Shown piece after piece: positions 46,366 through 56,104 of a DNA stretch of 64,000 bases. Both the position numbers and the translations under genes were made by a program. Where the stretch lies: positions 1-64,000 of the IMG/VR virus record IMGVR_UViG_3300000553_000004. One strand, written 5' to 3'. A model generated the notes under the pieces. It was not told the origin of the DNA, made no database searches, and was given only the letters and a program-made list of their open reading frames with translations. The first letter of the stretch is position 1, and each line of letters begins with the position of its first letter.

Positions 46366-48156
46366 GTGTCTAATGACAAATCACAAAAGAAACTGAGTCC
46401 TTATCTTCGTCAAATGGCGATACGAGAGGGACTCAGTTTTAGTGATTATATGGATGATTCGGTTCCCGCCGATGTAAAGCCCGTCTATTCCCTAACTCCG
46501 ATGGAAGAGGATACTTCGTCTGGTAATTTGTATGATGGTTGGTTAGATAAAGATGGGAATTTTATATCAACTAAGGGAGAGAGTCATTTAAGTTGCGCCA
46601 AAGATTATCTAAAATCTAAAAACATAAATTATAGTAAATTTGGTGAATACGGTGAAATGTATAAATTGGGATTTGTACGAGTTAAACCTAATTGGTTTGG
46701 TAAAAAATTATCATTTGAATATTATGGTAATACTCCAACAAATTCACAAATCAGATTCTTAAAAAATTATTGTATAGAGAAGGGTTGGAGATTGATGGAT
46801 GACAGTAAACATGAATACGTCGATTTGAATGAATCTATAAATGAAGACGATTTTCCTACCCAAGCCAAAGATTTATTTAAAGGAATTTGGGAAGACATTC
46901 TTCAAAAAAATGTACAATATTGGTTAGACCCACAGGGTAGATTTAATAAAGCAGGAAATGGCGGGCATCAAGAATGGGCTATGGCTTATCTTGATAAACA
47001 TAAAATACCATATGACTGGACCGACCCATATAGAAACGAACCAAATTCGGAAGGGTTGATGGGCCTTTATCATGCTTTATATGGTAAAAAATTCATGAGA
47101 ATAGCTATTGATAGTAGGGGTATCTATGCTACAAATGACTTAGATTCTCCTAATAATATGCAGATGAGAAATCTTAAAGATAGCGCAATTGAAAGTGATT
47201 TGCCATTGTGGGTTAACGGAAAGAGAGTCGATTTAATGGAAGGCAATCCTACGGATTTAAGTGAGGTCGTAGTAGATTCTGATAATAATACTATAAAACC
47301 ACGCAGTTGTTATTGGTTAGACCCATTCGGAAAATTTAATAAAACCGTACATCATCATACTTGGGCATACAAACATCTCGGAGATATAGATGATTCAGTT
47401 GATGTCTACGATGCTATGTATAAAGCGGGATTTGTTAGAGTAGTCACGTATTCGGATGTCATGTTTTTTGAATATAAGGAAGGACATAAACCGACCAATT
47501 TACAAATGAGAAGTCTCAGAGACGCCGCTATAGAATTTGGATTTACGTTGTACGATTCTACTTCTTTGATATATGTGGATTTAATGGAATCAAAATACGT
47601 AGATAAGGGTAAGAGACAACTATTTATTGAGAGTATGAATCCTGATAACATTGATGAATTTAAGTCTCATTTGGCAAAACTATTTGCATATTTGCAAAAA
47701 GAATTACAATTGAAGACTATTCCGAAGGTAAAACTCATATCGGATGATAAGAATGCTGATAAAATCTTAGGTAAGACGGCTTATTATAATCCCGACGCAA
47801 AGGAGATAGTTTTATACATTACCAGCCGTCATCAAAAAGATATTTTACGTTCGTTCGCACATGAAGTGATACATCATTGGCAACATGAAAATGAAAAATT
47901 ACAAGCAGGTGAATCCGGTACAAAACGAGGCGAAGGAGCCAGCGACCCACAATATGCCCAAAAGAATCCTTGGTTACGTCAAATGGAAAAACAAGCATAC
48001 TTACTCGGTAATATGCTTTTTCGTGACTGGGAAGACCAAAAGAAAGCCAGTGATAAAAAGAGTTGTAAGAGTGGAGATGACAACAAACGTAAATCTAATA
48101 AAGGAGTTGTAGAAAAAACGTCTTTAATTGGAGTTGATTATCCACCGAGGAGATGA
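46366..48156 (+). CDS. protein with three repeated ~90 aa domains and C-terminal HEXXH metallopeptidase-like domain
   Basis: WLDxxGxF..H..A..Y..GF.R repeats; RSFAHEVIH. Confidence 0.75.
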   Translation: MSNDKSQKKLSPYLRQMAIREGLSFSDYMDDSVPADVKPVYSLTPMEEDTSSGNLYDGWLDKDGNFISTKGESHLSCAKDYLKSKNINYSKFGEYGEMYKLGFVRVKPNWFGKKLSFEYYGNTPTNSQIRFLKNYCIEKGWRLMDDSKHEYVDLNESINEDDFPTQAKDLFKGIWEDILQKNVQYWLDPQGRFNKAGNGGHQEWAMAYLDKHKIPYDWTDPYRNEPNSEGLMGLYHALYGKKFMRIAIDSRGIYATNDLDSPNNMQMRNLKDSAIESDLPLWVNGKRVDLMEGNPTDLSEVVVDSDNNTIKPRSCYWLDPFGKFNKTVHHHTWAYKHLGDIDDSVDVYDAMYKAGFVRVVTYSDVMFFEYKEGHKPTNLQMRSLRDAAIEFGFTLYDSTSLIYVDLMESKYVDKGKRQLFIESMNPDNIDEFKSHLAKLFAYLQKELQLKTIPKVKLISDDKNADKILGKTAYYNPDAKEIVLYITSRHQKDILRSFAHEVIHHWQHENEKLQAGESGTKRGEGASDPQYAQKNPWLRQMEKQAYLLGNMLFRDWEDQKKASDKKSCKSGDDNKRKSNKGVVEKTSLIGVDYPPRR

Positions 48157-48157
48157 T

Positions 48158-48532
48158 ATGCTTCTTGGTGATATTTTAAAACAAATTCTTCGAGAGTGGC
48201 ATGTCCATCATCAATTAGAAAATTATTGGCTTAGTAAAGATGGAAAGGGAGTAAAGGTTAATAATCACGAATCGTATGCTATGCTTCTTTCTAAATTTAT
48301 TTACGAACATCGTGACAAAGCATATGAATGGATGTATCACCAAGGATGGGCTAGAATCATAATAGAAAATGGTGATATGTATATTCAGACCGACTATGAC
48401 AATGCTAAGAACGTAAAGTTAACCCCCGAACAAAAAGATTGGATATTAGGCAAAGTTTATATCTATCCTAAAGATGATAATGGAGAAGAATTAAGAGTTG
48501 TAAACGTATATGGAAAGAGCATCAAATTATGA
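48158..48532 (+). CDS. single-copy homolog of the 46366 repeat domain
   Basis: MLLGDILKQILRE leader; YWLSKDG..H..A..MYHQGWARI. Confidence 0.65.
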   Translation: MLLGDILKQILREWHVHHQLENYWLSKDGKGVKVNNHESYAMLLSKFIYEHRDKAYEWMYHQGWARIIIENGDMYIQTDYDNAKNVKLTPEQKDWILGKVYIYPKDDNGEELRVVNVYGKSIKL

Positions 48533-48915
48533 ATGATACAAATAATCAATTAAGTTTTGAATTTGACGAATACCCTGAAATGCCCAACGTTCTTGGACAA
48601 ATAATTTCTCAAAAAAGTTCCACAGTTATTAAAGACGGTGCTTTTGACCCACATCAATTGATGTTAAAAAAGAAACTAACCGATTCAGGTGAGAGTGTTG
48701 ATTTGACACCAAAACAAAGTTGGCCTGACCAAGATATCAAAGCTTTAGAAGATTTTTGTAAAAAGTATGGCCTTATAGGATTTAATTGTGGTAGAATGTC
48801 GCCTATAGCCGCACTATCTTTATTAAAACAAAAAATGGGTGTGATTGATACTCCTGTAGAAAATAGAGTCACATATTCAGATGTCATGAATAAGAAAATG
48901 CTTCTGAAAGGTTAA
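48529..48915 (+). CDS. hypothetical protein
   Basis: 128 aa ORF. Confidence 0.6.
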   Translation: MNDTNNQLSFEFDEYPEMPNVLGQIISQKSSTVIKDGAFDPHQLMLKKKLTDSGESVDLTPKQSWPDQDIKALEDFCKKYGLIGFNCGRMSPIAALSLLKQKMGVIDTPVENRVTYSDVMNKKMLLKG

Positions 48916-49396
48916 GTTTTGGAGTTTCAAAAATATTGCCAATGATTGTCCAATCTTGACTTATTGATTTCCAATAACTTCCATCGTATAATGATTGTGG
49001 ATTGTGTTCTTCAATTTTACCACATAAAGAGGAAATTAAATCTTTATTTTTAACTCCCCAAGCCAACATAGTTGGTGTATAGAAATCATCACAGTCGTTT
49101 ATTTTATCAAATACCACTTCTCCAATCCAAGTGATAGTTTTTGGTTCTCCTAAAATTGGATTGTTGTAATCACAATGATTGTATGTTTTTCCTACTACAA
49201 CCTTTTCGAATTTGATGATATCACCTTCATAGATTTCTATTTCGTTTTTATTTTTTAAACCTGTATATTGTTGGATAACAGAATCTTTTGGTATGGCTAT
49301 TGTTCTCTCCAATCCAATAATTTCAGTCAAATGCATGTAATAAAATCTATTTGTATTACTATCCCAACACCTAAAATTTAATTCTCTATTTTTCAT
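48884..49396 (-). CDS. YopX family protein
   Basis: LNFRCWD, QQYTGLKNK...EIYEGDI, IIGNIFETP. Confidence 0.85.
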   Translation of the reverse strand: MKNRELNFRCWDSNTNRFYYMHLTEIIGLERTIAIPKDSVIQQYTGLKNKNEIEIYEGDIIKFEKVVVGKTYNHCDYNNPILGEPKTITWIGEVVFDKINDCDDFYTPTMLAWGVKNKDLISSLCGKIEEHNPQSLYDGSYWKSISQDWTIIGNIFETPKLNLSEAFSYS

Positions 49397-49430
49397 GACG
49401 TTTTATTCTATGACATTATATTTATATCAT

Positions 49431-50210
49431 ATGAATGGAGAAATGTCAACAACAAAGGAAAATGTTATATGGGAAGAAAAAAACTTAATCGAACCAGAGA
49501 AGAACTTCTTGAACAACAACGTAGTCGGGCCAAAAGATATTACGAACGAAATAAAGAACGTCTCAACAAAGAAAGTATGGAACGATATTGGGAAAGTAAG
49601 CGGAATATACAAGATAATTAATAAGATTAACGGTAAATATTATGTTGGGTCATCTAACGATTTATTTTATAGAATTAAACATAGACACCTTAATTCGTTA
49701 CTTAAAAATACACACCCAAATAAATATCTTCAAAATGCGTGGAATAAATATGGGTTAGACAATTTTCAATTTATAATTGTTGAATATGTTGAACCACAAA
49801 AATTGTTGGTGATTGAACAGATGTATTTGGATAAAGCGAAAATAAATAAAGATTCTTATAATTTGAGTTTTGATTCCACAAAAGTAGAAATGACAATTGA
49901 AACGAGAAAAAAGATAGGCAATTCTCACAGAGGAAAGTTTGGTGAATTAGCATCACATTATGGAATGTTTCATACAGATGAAACTAAAAATTTAATTAAA
50001 CAAAAAACTATAGAAAATACGCCAAGGGGAAAATTACATCCTTTATACGACCATAGAATTTATAAATTTTATAATAGACAAACAAATGAAACGTTTATAG
50101 GAACTCAAAATGAATTCTATAAAAGATATAAATTGACACAATCTAAAGTAAATTTGGTAGTTAATGGAATAAGAAAATCCCACAAAAATTGGTTGTTGAT
50201 GAATAAATAA
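49431..50210 (+). mobile_element. GIY-YIG homing endonuclease
   Basis: SGIYKIINKINGKYYVG, HPNKYLQNAWNKYG, NUMOD-like HTDETK; start uncertain. Confidence 0.88.
49469..49621 (+). CDS. 50 aa basic helical peptide nested in GIY-YIG ORF
   Basis: MGRKKLNRTREELLEQQRSRAKRYYERNKERLNKE; homolog of 35284. Confidence 0.7.
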   Translation: MGRKKLNRTREELLEQQRSRAKRYYERNKERLNKESMERYWESKRNIQDN

Positions 50211-50225
50211 TTACTATTTATAGAT

Positions 50226-51287
50226 ATGAAAAATAATAAGTTTTTTTACGGTTTTATTTCGGCTATCATCTTCATGTTAGCTGTAGGTTGTTCCAGTTTA
50301 TTAGACAATAATCAAGGAATATTTGGTAAGGCTCAAATGGCCAACGATAAGGTTGATGCTAAGATTCGTATTGTAGAGAATCAACAAGCCCAAGTCAATG
50401 AAGATAAATTAGCTCACATCGGAGCATGGGCCCAAGGCGGAGTAGAACACTCATTAGACAAGATTACCACTAATATTCCAGTAGAAGTAATCGTTGCAAA
50501 AGAAATGAATGCTAGAGTCGAAGCTTTAGCAGGAAAACCAGATTTCAAAGAAGTAGAATTAATCAAAACTATAGTTGATAGTTTACTATCCCAAGTCAAA
50601 GACACTAGAGTTTCAGGTGAAAAGGCTTTAGCTGAAAAAGACAAACAAATAGCCGCTATACAAACTCAAGATAAACAGTTAATTGTACAGAGAGAAAATG
50701 AGATTGCAAGTGCGTTGATACAATCTGATTCAAATGCAAAAGTTGCAGACCAATATAAAGCTACTCTAAATGATATGGATAAATGGGGTGGATTGGGCGC
50801 TGTGTGGTATGGTATTCATAAATTCGTAGTTCGCATGGCATGGGTTTTGGGTATTGGTGGAGTATTGTTCCTCATCCTAAGACTTCTAGCATCGGCAAAC
50901 CCAATTGCAGGCGCCATATTCAGTATATTTGACCAGATAGGCAGTTGGGCCATTAATACCATTGCCGTTATTTTTCCAAAAGCATTGTCGATTGCCGGTA
51001 ATGTATCAGTTGCAATATTTAATGATACTAAATCTGCCCTATCATCAATCGTCGATTCGGTTGAGACTGTAAAATTACAACAACAGGCAACTGGAACACC
51101 GGCAACAATTGAAGATTTATTAAATACCGCCGAGGTAAGTATGACGCCGGCAGACAAGGCGATTATAGAAAAAATCAAACTTCAATTGAATTGGATAAAA
51201 CCGTCCACCACGTCTACTGTGGTAATTCCTACTCCTACCACACCGACCACGGTAGTACCCTCTACCACAACAAATACAACGACTTAA
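50226..51287 (+). CDS. lipoprotein with coiled coil and C-proximal TM segment
   Basis: Lipobox AVG-C22; heptads; AWVLGIGGVLFLILRLLA. Confidence 0.65.
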   Translation: MKNNKFFYGFISAIIFMLAVGCSSLLDNNQGIFGKAQMANDKVDAKIRIVENQQAQVNEDKLAHIGAWAQGGVEHSLDKITTNIPVEVIVAKEMNARVEALAGKPDFKEVELIKTIVDSLLSQVKDTRVSGEKALAEKDKQIAAIQTQDKQLIVQRENEIASALIQSDSNAKVADQYKATLNDMDKWGGLGAVWYGIHKFVVRMAWVLGIGGVLFLILRLLASANPIAGAIFSIFDQIGSWAINTIAVIFPKALSIAGNVSVAIFNDTKSALSSIVDSVETVKLQQQATGTPATIEDLLNTAEVSMTPADKAIIEKIKLQLNWIKPSTTSTVVIPTPTTPTTVVPSTTTNTTT

Positions 51288-51378
51288 CCCGTTATAATAA
51301 GTCATTATAGATATAATAACTTGTAATTTACTCAATCCTGAGTCATAATACGATTGTTGACACTACATATAGTGTAAT

Positions 51379-51672
51379 ATGAACAAATTATATATACAAG
51401 ACGCTACGATAGGACAGTATGTTACCTTCAATACGGTACAAGAACTGGTTCTTTATTTAAATTCAATGATTCCGAGGGCATTTAATATGCCTAGGGACAA
51501 GTATGTCCAGAATCTTATAGATTTAGGATATGGATATGACGACCGTGACGGCGTGACTCTTACAAGAGCTATGGCGGAACAGTTTAACATTGGTGTCATT
51601 AAAAATAATACCTACGTCAGAACTGATGTTCATTCTATCTCCCGTTTCCAACAGGAAGAATACGGAGATTAA
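51379..51672 (+). CDS. hypothetical protein
   Basis: 97 aa ORF. Confidence 0.6.
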   Translation: MNKLYIQDATIGQYVTFNTVQELVLYLNSMIPRAFNMPRDKYVQNLIDLGYGYDDRDGVTLTRAMAEQFNIGVIKNNTYVRTDVHSISRFQQEEYGD

Positions 51673-51698
51673 ATTAAACCCGGTCATTTTTTAAACGA

Positions 51699-53324
51699 AT
51701 GATAAAGTTAGACATTCAATGGAGTGACCCGTATCAATGGGAAAATAAAGACGGCGAACTCATGTGGCGCCGAATGTGGAAAATTCCAAACGACTACCGT
51801 ACTCCGTTTTTTACCTTTTGGAATACTGCAAAGTATAATTTGTGGAGTCAAGGATTTTCTATATCCAAGATAGACGCCGATTGGTATTTATATGAAACTA
51901 AAACGGGAGTTGAAAACTTCGTTGAAATAAATGGGGAGAAACCTCCTACGCCACCGGAGCCAGAACAATTCTGGCTACCTCCCTATAAAGTTAAAAATGA
52001 GAGCGGACTTCGACCTTGGCAAGTAGAAGCTGTAAGTAAACTTGTTACTGCTATAAATACTACTGGCTGTGCGATAGATGGGTCGGATGTAGGTGTTGGA
52101 AAGACTTATACTGCGTGTGGTGTTGCCCGTGAACTTGGAATGAAGATTCTTGTAATATGTCCAAAGGCGGTTATAACTCCTTGGAATGTTGTCATAAAAG
52201 ACCACTTCAAACTGAAAAATGATTTAGTTGGTGTAATCAATTATGACCAAATTCGTATAGGCAAGACCGACTCTCCGTTTGCATCTTATATAGAAAATAG
52301 AAAAACTCACAAGAAAAAATTCACTTGGAAAATCCCAAAGAATACTTTGATAGTATGGGATGAATCTCAGAAGTTAAAGAATTGGACAACCAAAAATTCC
52401 AAGACTTGTATGGAAGCTCTGAAACAGAATTATAAAATGTTATTTTGTTCAGCCACCAACGCTACTAATCCATTAGAGTTACGAACCGTAGGAACTTGTT
52501 TACAGTTATTCAAAAATTCTACAGCATACTATCAGTGGTGTTATGAGCATGGTGTATCCAAAGGTAGATATGGGTTGGAATTTACAAAGGATACAACTCT
52601 AAGACAGAAAGTATTAAAAAAACTTCATACTGATATATTCGTAAATCGTGGAGTAAGACTTTCCCGTGATACGATTCCGAATTTCCCCGCATCTGAAATT
52701 ATAGCCGACTGTTATAACATGGATGACGTTGATGTTAATAAGATTAATACTGCCCACGCCAGTATGAAGAAAGAATTGGCAAAACTGGCAAAATTATCAA
52801 AATCAGATAAAACTAGTGAGTTGACTGCCATTCTGAGAGCGAGACAACAGATAGAATTAGTAAAAGTCCCATTATTCATAGATATGATTGAAGAGGGATT
52901 GGAAAATGGAATGTCTATTGTGGTATTTGTTAATTTTACAGAAACCTTACAAGCCTTGGCTAAGAGATTAAATATTTTATGTATCTTCGATGGTAAGACT
53001 AAAGATTCTGTCAGACAACAAAGTGTTGAGGATTTTCAATCTGGCAAAGAAAAAGTTATTTTGGTGAATATTCAATCCGGCGGCGCCGGTTTATCTCTAC
53101 ATGATATACATGGGTTAAATCCTCGCATGGCTTTAATATCTCCTAGTTATTCTGCGGTATTAATGCGACAAGCTACCGGAAGAGTATGGAGAGAAAATGC
53201 AAAGAGTAAAAGTATTCAAAAAATTGTATTCGTTGCAAATACAGTTGAAGAGCAGGTATGTGATACCGTGAAGGAAAAGCTTAAAAATCTCGACCTTCTT
53301 AATGACGGAGATTTGAGTTTATGA
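51699..53324 (+). CDS. SF2 (SNF2-like) helicase
   Basis: LRPWQ, GVGKT, WDESQ, SAT, GGAGLSL, QATGRVWR. Confidence 0.88.
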   Translation: MIKLDIQWSDPYQWENKDGELMWRRMWKIPNDYRTPFFTFWNTAKYNLWSQGFSISKIDADWYLYETKTGVENFVEINGEKPPTPPEPEQFWLPPYKVKNESGLRPWQVEAVSKLVTAINTTGCAIDGSDVGVGKTYTACGVARELGMKILVICPKAVITPWNVVIKDHFKLKNDLVGVINYDQIRIGKTDSPFASYIENRKTHKKKFTWKIPKNTLIVWDESQKLKNWTTKNSKTCMEALKQNYKMLFCSATNATNPLELRTVGTCLQLFKNSTAYYQWCYEHGVSKGRYGLEFTKDTTLRQKVLKKLHTDIFVNRGVRLSRDTIPNFPASEIIADCYNMDDVDVNKINTAHASMKKELAKLAKLSKSDKTSELTAILRARQQIELVKVPLFIDMIEEGLENGMSIVVFVNFTETLQALAKRLNILCIFDGKTKDSVRQQSVEDFQSGKEKVILVNIQSGGAGLSLHDIHGLNPRMALISPSYSAVLMRQATGRVWRENAKSKSIQKIVFVANTVEEQVCDTVKEKLKNLDLLNDGDLSL

Positions 53325-53719
53325 AAAATTATATGAAAATGTCAAAAATTAAAAAGATTATTGTAAAGTGTCAAGATTTTTGGACGGATGAAATAGAAAT
53401 TGATTCCGATGTCTTTGATGACGTTTATATTGAGGCCGCTACTAGAGCGGTGGAGTCTAGAATTAATTTACCGGATTTTAAATTGACGGTAATGTTAGTT
53501 TGTTGGGAAAAGAAAAATTTTAGTAAACCTGAAAAACATTTTGGATACAATACATATCAAATTCTGATTAATGGGGCATTTCATAACAAAGCTGAAGTAT
53601 TCAGACAGAATTGTATAAAACTTAATGGGTTGGATATGAAAAAAGAAAATTTGAAAGGAAATAATGCATATGGAAACCCAACAAACGGGCAGCCAAATTC
53701 TGGGTCACTTGGAGAGTAA
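53321..53719 (+). CDS. hypothetical protein
   Basis: 132 aa ORF. Confidence 0.6.
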   Translation: MKNYMKMSKIKKIIVKCQDFWTDEIEIDSDVFDDVYIEAATRAVESRINLPDFKLTVMLVCWEKKNFSKPEKHFGYNTYQILINGAFHNKAEVFRQNCIKLNGLDMKKENLKGNNAYGNPTNGQPNSGSLGE

Positions 53720-54398
53720 AGTTCTTGAAATCGTAGTAAAAGAATTAAACGAAATCAAGAAAAAAGTATCCAATATAGAAAATAATAAGATATTGGAGGA
53801 ATTAAAACTTCCGGAAGAAGATTTGTTGGCAATGGGGGTTATAAAGCCAACTGAACCGAGGATTAAAAAAGGCCGAGGCGCTAGGCCATTACTTGAGTCG
53901 GAAATAAAAGAAGCTCAAGAACATGCGACTAATGCGATTGGTTGCGCCAAGTATTTAGGCATAGGATATAATTGTTATAAGAAGTGGGCAAAATTCCATA
54001 ATTTATTTAAAGTCAATCCGTGGGGTAAGGGTGATAAAAAAAATTATTGGGCGCCCGACAAAGGAAAATACCCACTAAATCAGATTCTCGAAGGCAAGTT
54101 TCCAGATTATCCAATTTATAGATTAAAGGACTTAGTTATACGAAGTGGTATAAAAAAGGCAATCTGTGAAAATTGTGGATTTGGCGAACGTCGTATAACC
54201 GACAATAAAATGCCATTATTGATTAGCTTCAAGGATGGTAACGAAAAAAATCACGTATTGGATAACATCGAACTGTTATGTTATAACTGTATGTTTCTGA
54301 TGGGCCGTGGGTATATACGTAGGGGTAAAGTTGAATTCAATTTCATAGACCCAGACCGAATTCAAGGTTCTACTCAAAATATTGCGGCTCGGTTCTAA
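53664..54398 (+). CDS. HTH-like + degenerate HNH/Zn-finger protein
   Basis: CAKYLGIGYN; CENC...FKDGNEKNHVLDNIELLCYNC. Confidence 0.65.
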   Translation: MHMETQQTGSQILGHLESKVLEIVVKELNEIKKKVSNIENNKILEELKLPEEDLLAMGVIKPTEPRIKKGRGARPLLESEIKEAQEHATNAIGCAKYLGIGYNCYKKWAKFHNLFKVNPWGKGDKKNYWAPDKGKYPLNQILEGKFPDYPIYRLKDLVIRSGIKKAICENCGFGERRITDNKMPLLISFKDGNEKNHVLDNIELLCYNCMFLMGRGYIRRGKVEFNFIDPDRIQGSTQNIAARF

Positions 54399-54418
54399 TC
54401 CTGTATATTTATTGATAG

Positions 54419-54889
54419 ATGCAATCCACTGACCATATTTTGGCAAAAGAAGGTATTTTAACTACTTTCTCAATCGCTAAAAAAGTTACTGCGAAGGATG
54501 TCAAAAAACTTCGTGATAAGATAAAGTCTACGAAGATGGATGCTAATAAATTACAAGAATTATTAAAAGAATCAATAATTAAAGAAACTGAAAAGAATTT
54601 ACTGACACAGGCGATTCCTGGATTAATAGTCGGTAGTGTAGAAGAAGCAGAAGAAAAAAAGAGGATAATGGAATTAACGTTTTTTGCATCGATGATATCT
54701 AAAAAGTTATCTGAAAAAAACATTGATAAATATCACTCATGTTATATCATAAATGCTATAGTAAATATGTTAGGATTAACTGAGGATAATTTCGATGAAT
54801 TCCATAAAAAATTTTCAAAATTTAAAGACGGAGATAAAGGCGGAACCAAAGACGGAGAACAACCCGAAGATGGATTGGGAGAACTCTGA
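54419..54889 (+). CDS. hypothetical protein
   Basis: ATATTTATT 5 nt before ATG. Confidence 0.6.
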   Translation: MQSTDHILAKEGILTTFSIAKKVTAKDVKKLRDKIKSTKMDANKLQELLKESIIKETEKNLLTQAIPGLIVGSVEEAEEKKRIMELTFFASMISKKLSEKNIDKYHSCYIINAIVNMLGLTEDNFDEFHKKFSKFKDGDKGGTKDGEQPEDGLGEL

Positions 54890-54996
54890 TTGGTATAAAG
54901 AATGGCTTAGATTAGCTCATTTACACCAACCATCAAGAATTAAATACGGTTGTTGGTATTACGATAATTTCGATAGAAAGTATAAATACATTTACC

Positions 54997-56046
54997 ATGA
55001 GACATAAAAAAGATACGGATATTAGATTAGCTTTGATTTTTAAGGATTTCGCCGCTTGGGTGAGGTCTAGTTGCGTGGGATTGAATGTGGCAGGATTCAC
55101 AACCGCAAAATATTTAAGACATCACGGAATTGAAACTGCGGTATTTCCCGTTCGTCATAATGTGGATGTGGTAAATTCTATCGACCGCTATAATGATACA
55201 AATAAAAAGAGACTGACTCATGTAGTAATATCAGCTCCTTGGTTAAGTGAACATGATATGAAGAATTTAATATGTCATTTTCCTGATATAGAGTTTGTTG
55301 TGTTATCACATTCTAATGTTGGATTTTTACAAGCAGACCCATGTGGAGTAGAATTATTTAGAAGATACGCAGAATTATCTAAGACATATAAAAATCTAAG
55401 GGTGGGTGGAAATTGTACTAGATTTATAAAATGGTTTGAAGTGGCTTATAAAGAATCTTGTGTATGTTTGCCGAATATTTATCCGGTTGAACGTATCAGT
55501 CATAAACGATGGGATGGAATTTCTCCAATTAAGATTGGGGCATTCGGAGCCATTAGACCGGAGAAGAATTTTATGACTGCCGCAGCAGGTGCATTGGCAA
55601 TACAATCGATGACAGGCATTCCGATTGAACTTCATATGTCAACGGGTGGAGATGGATGTAAATCATCTACATTACCTGCGATAGTACAAATGACTGAGAA
55701 CATTGAGGGTGTTACATTAGTCCGACATGATTGGAATAACTGGGACCAATTTATTAAACTCATCGCGGAGATGGATTTGTTGATACAAGTTTCATATACA
55801 GAATCATTTAACATGGTTACTGCTGATGGAGTTTCGGTTGGAGTTCCAACTGTAGTATCACCTGTAATTTTTTGGGCTCCTGAATCTTGGATGGCCAATC
55901 CAGACGATTCATTAGAAGTGGCCGAAGTTGGTGTTAGATTATTAATGGAAGACCAGAAACATATTGGGTCGGATGCATTGATAAATAATAACAATAAAGC
56001 ATTGAAATATTGGATTGATTTTCTTAAAACCGATAGAACTAATTAA
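54997..56046 (+). CDS. GT4-like (GT-B) glycosyltransferase
   Basis: GAIRPEKN, SYTESFNMVTAD..SVGVP. Confidence 0.7.
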   Translation: MRHKKDTDIRLALIFKDFAAWVRSSCVGLNVAGFTTAKYLRHHGIETAVFPVRHNVDVVNSIDRYNDTNKKRLTHVVISAPWLSEHDMKNLICHFPDIEFVVLSHSNVGFLQADPCGVELFRRYAELSKTYKNLRVGGNCTRFIKWFEVAYKESCVCLPNIYPVERISHKRWDGISPIKIGAFGAIRPEKNFMTAAAGALAIQSMTGIPIELHMSTGGDGCKSSTLPAIVQMTENIEGVTLVRHDWNNWDQFIKLIAEMDLLIQVSYTESFNMVTADGVSVGVPTVVSPVIFWAPESWMANPDDSLEVAEVGVRLLMEDQKHIGSDALINNNNKALKYWIDFLKTDRTN

Positions 56047-56104
56047 AATTTCTGTTATTAGAATATAATTAAATCTAACGTTTCTCCATATCTACGTATT
56101 GGAT

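Noticed and set aside
15482-53324. Complete Druantia system using the SF2 helicase as DruE
   Set aside because: The helicase is 541 aa, 35 kb away and lacks the large DruE architecture
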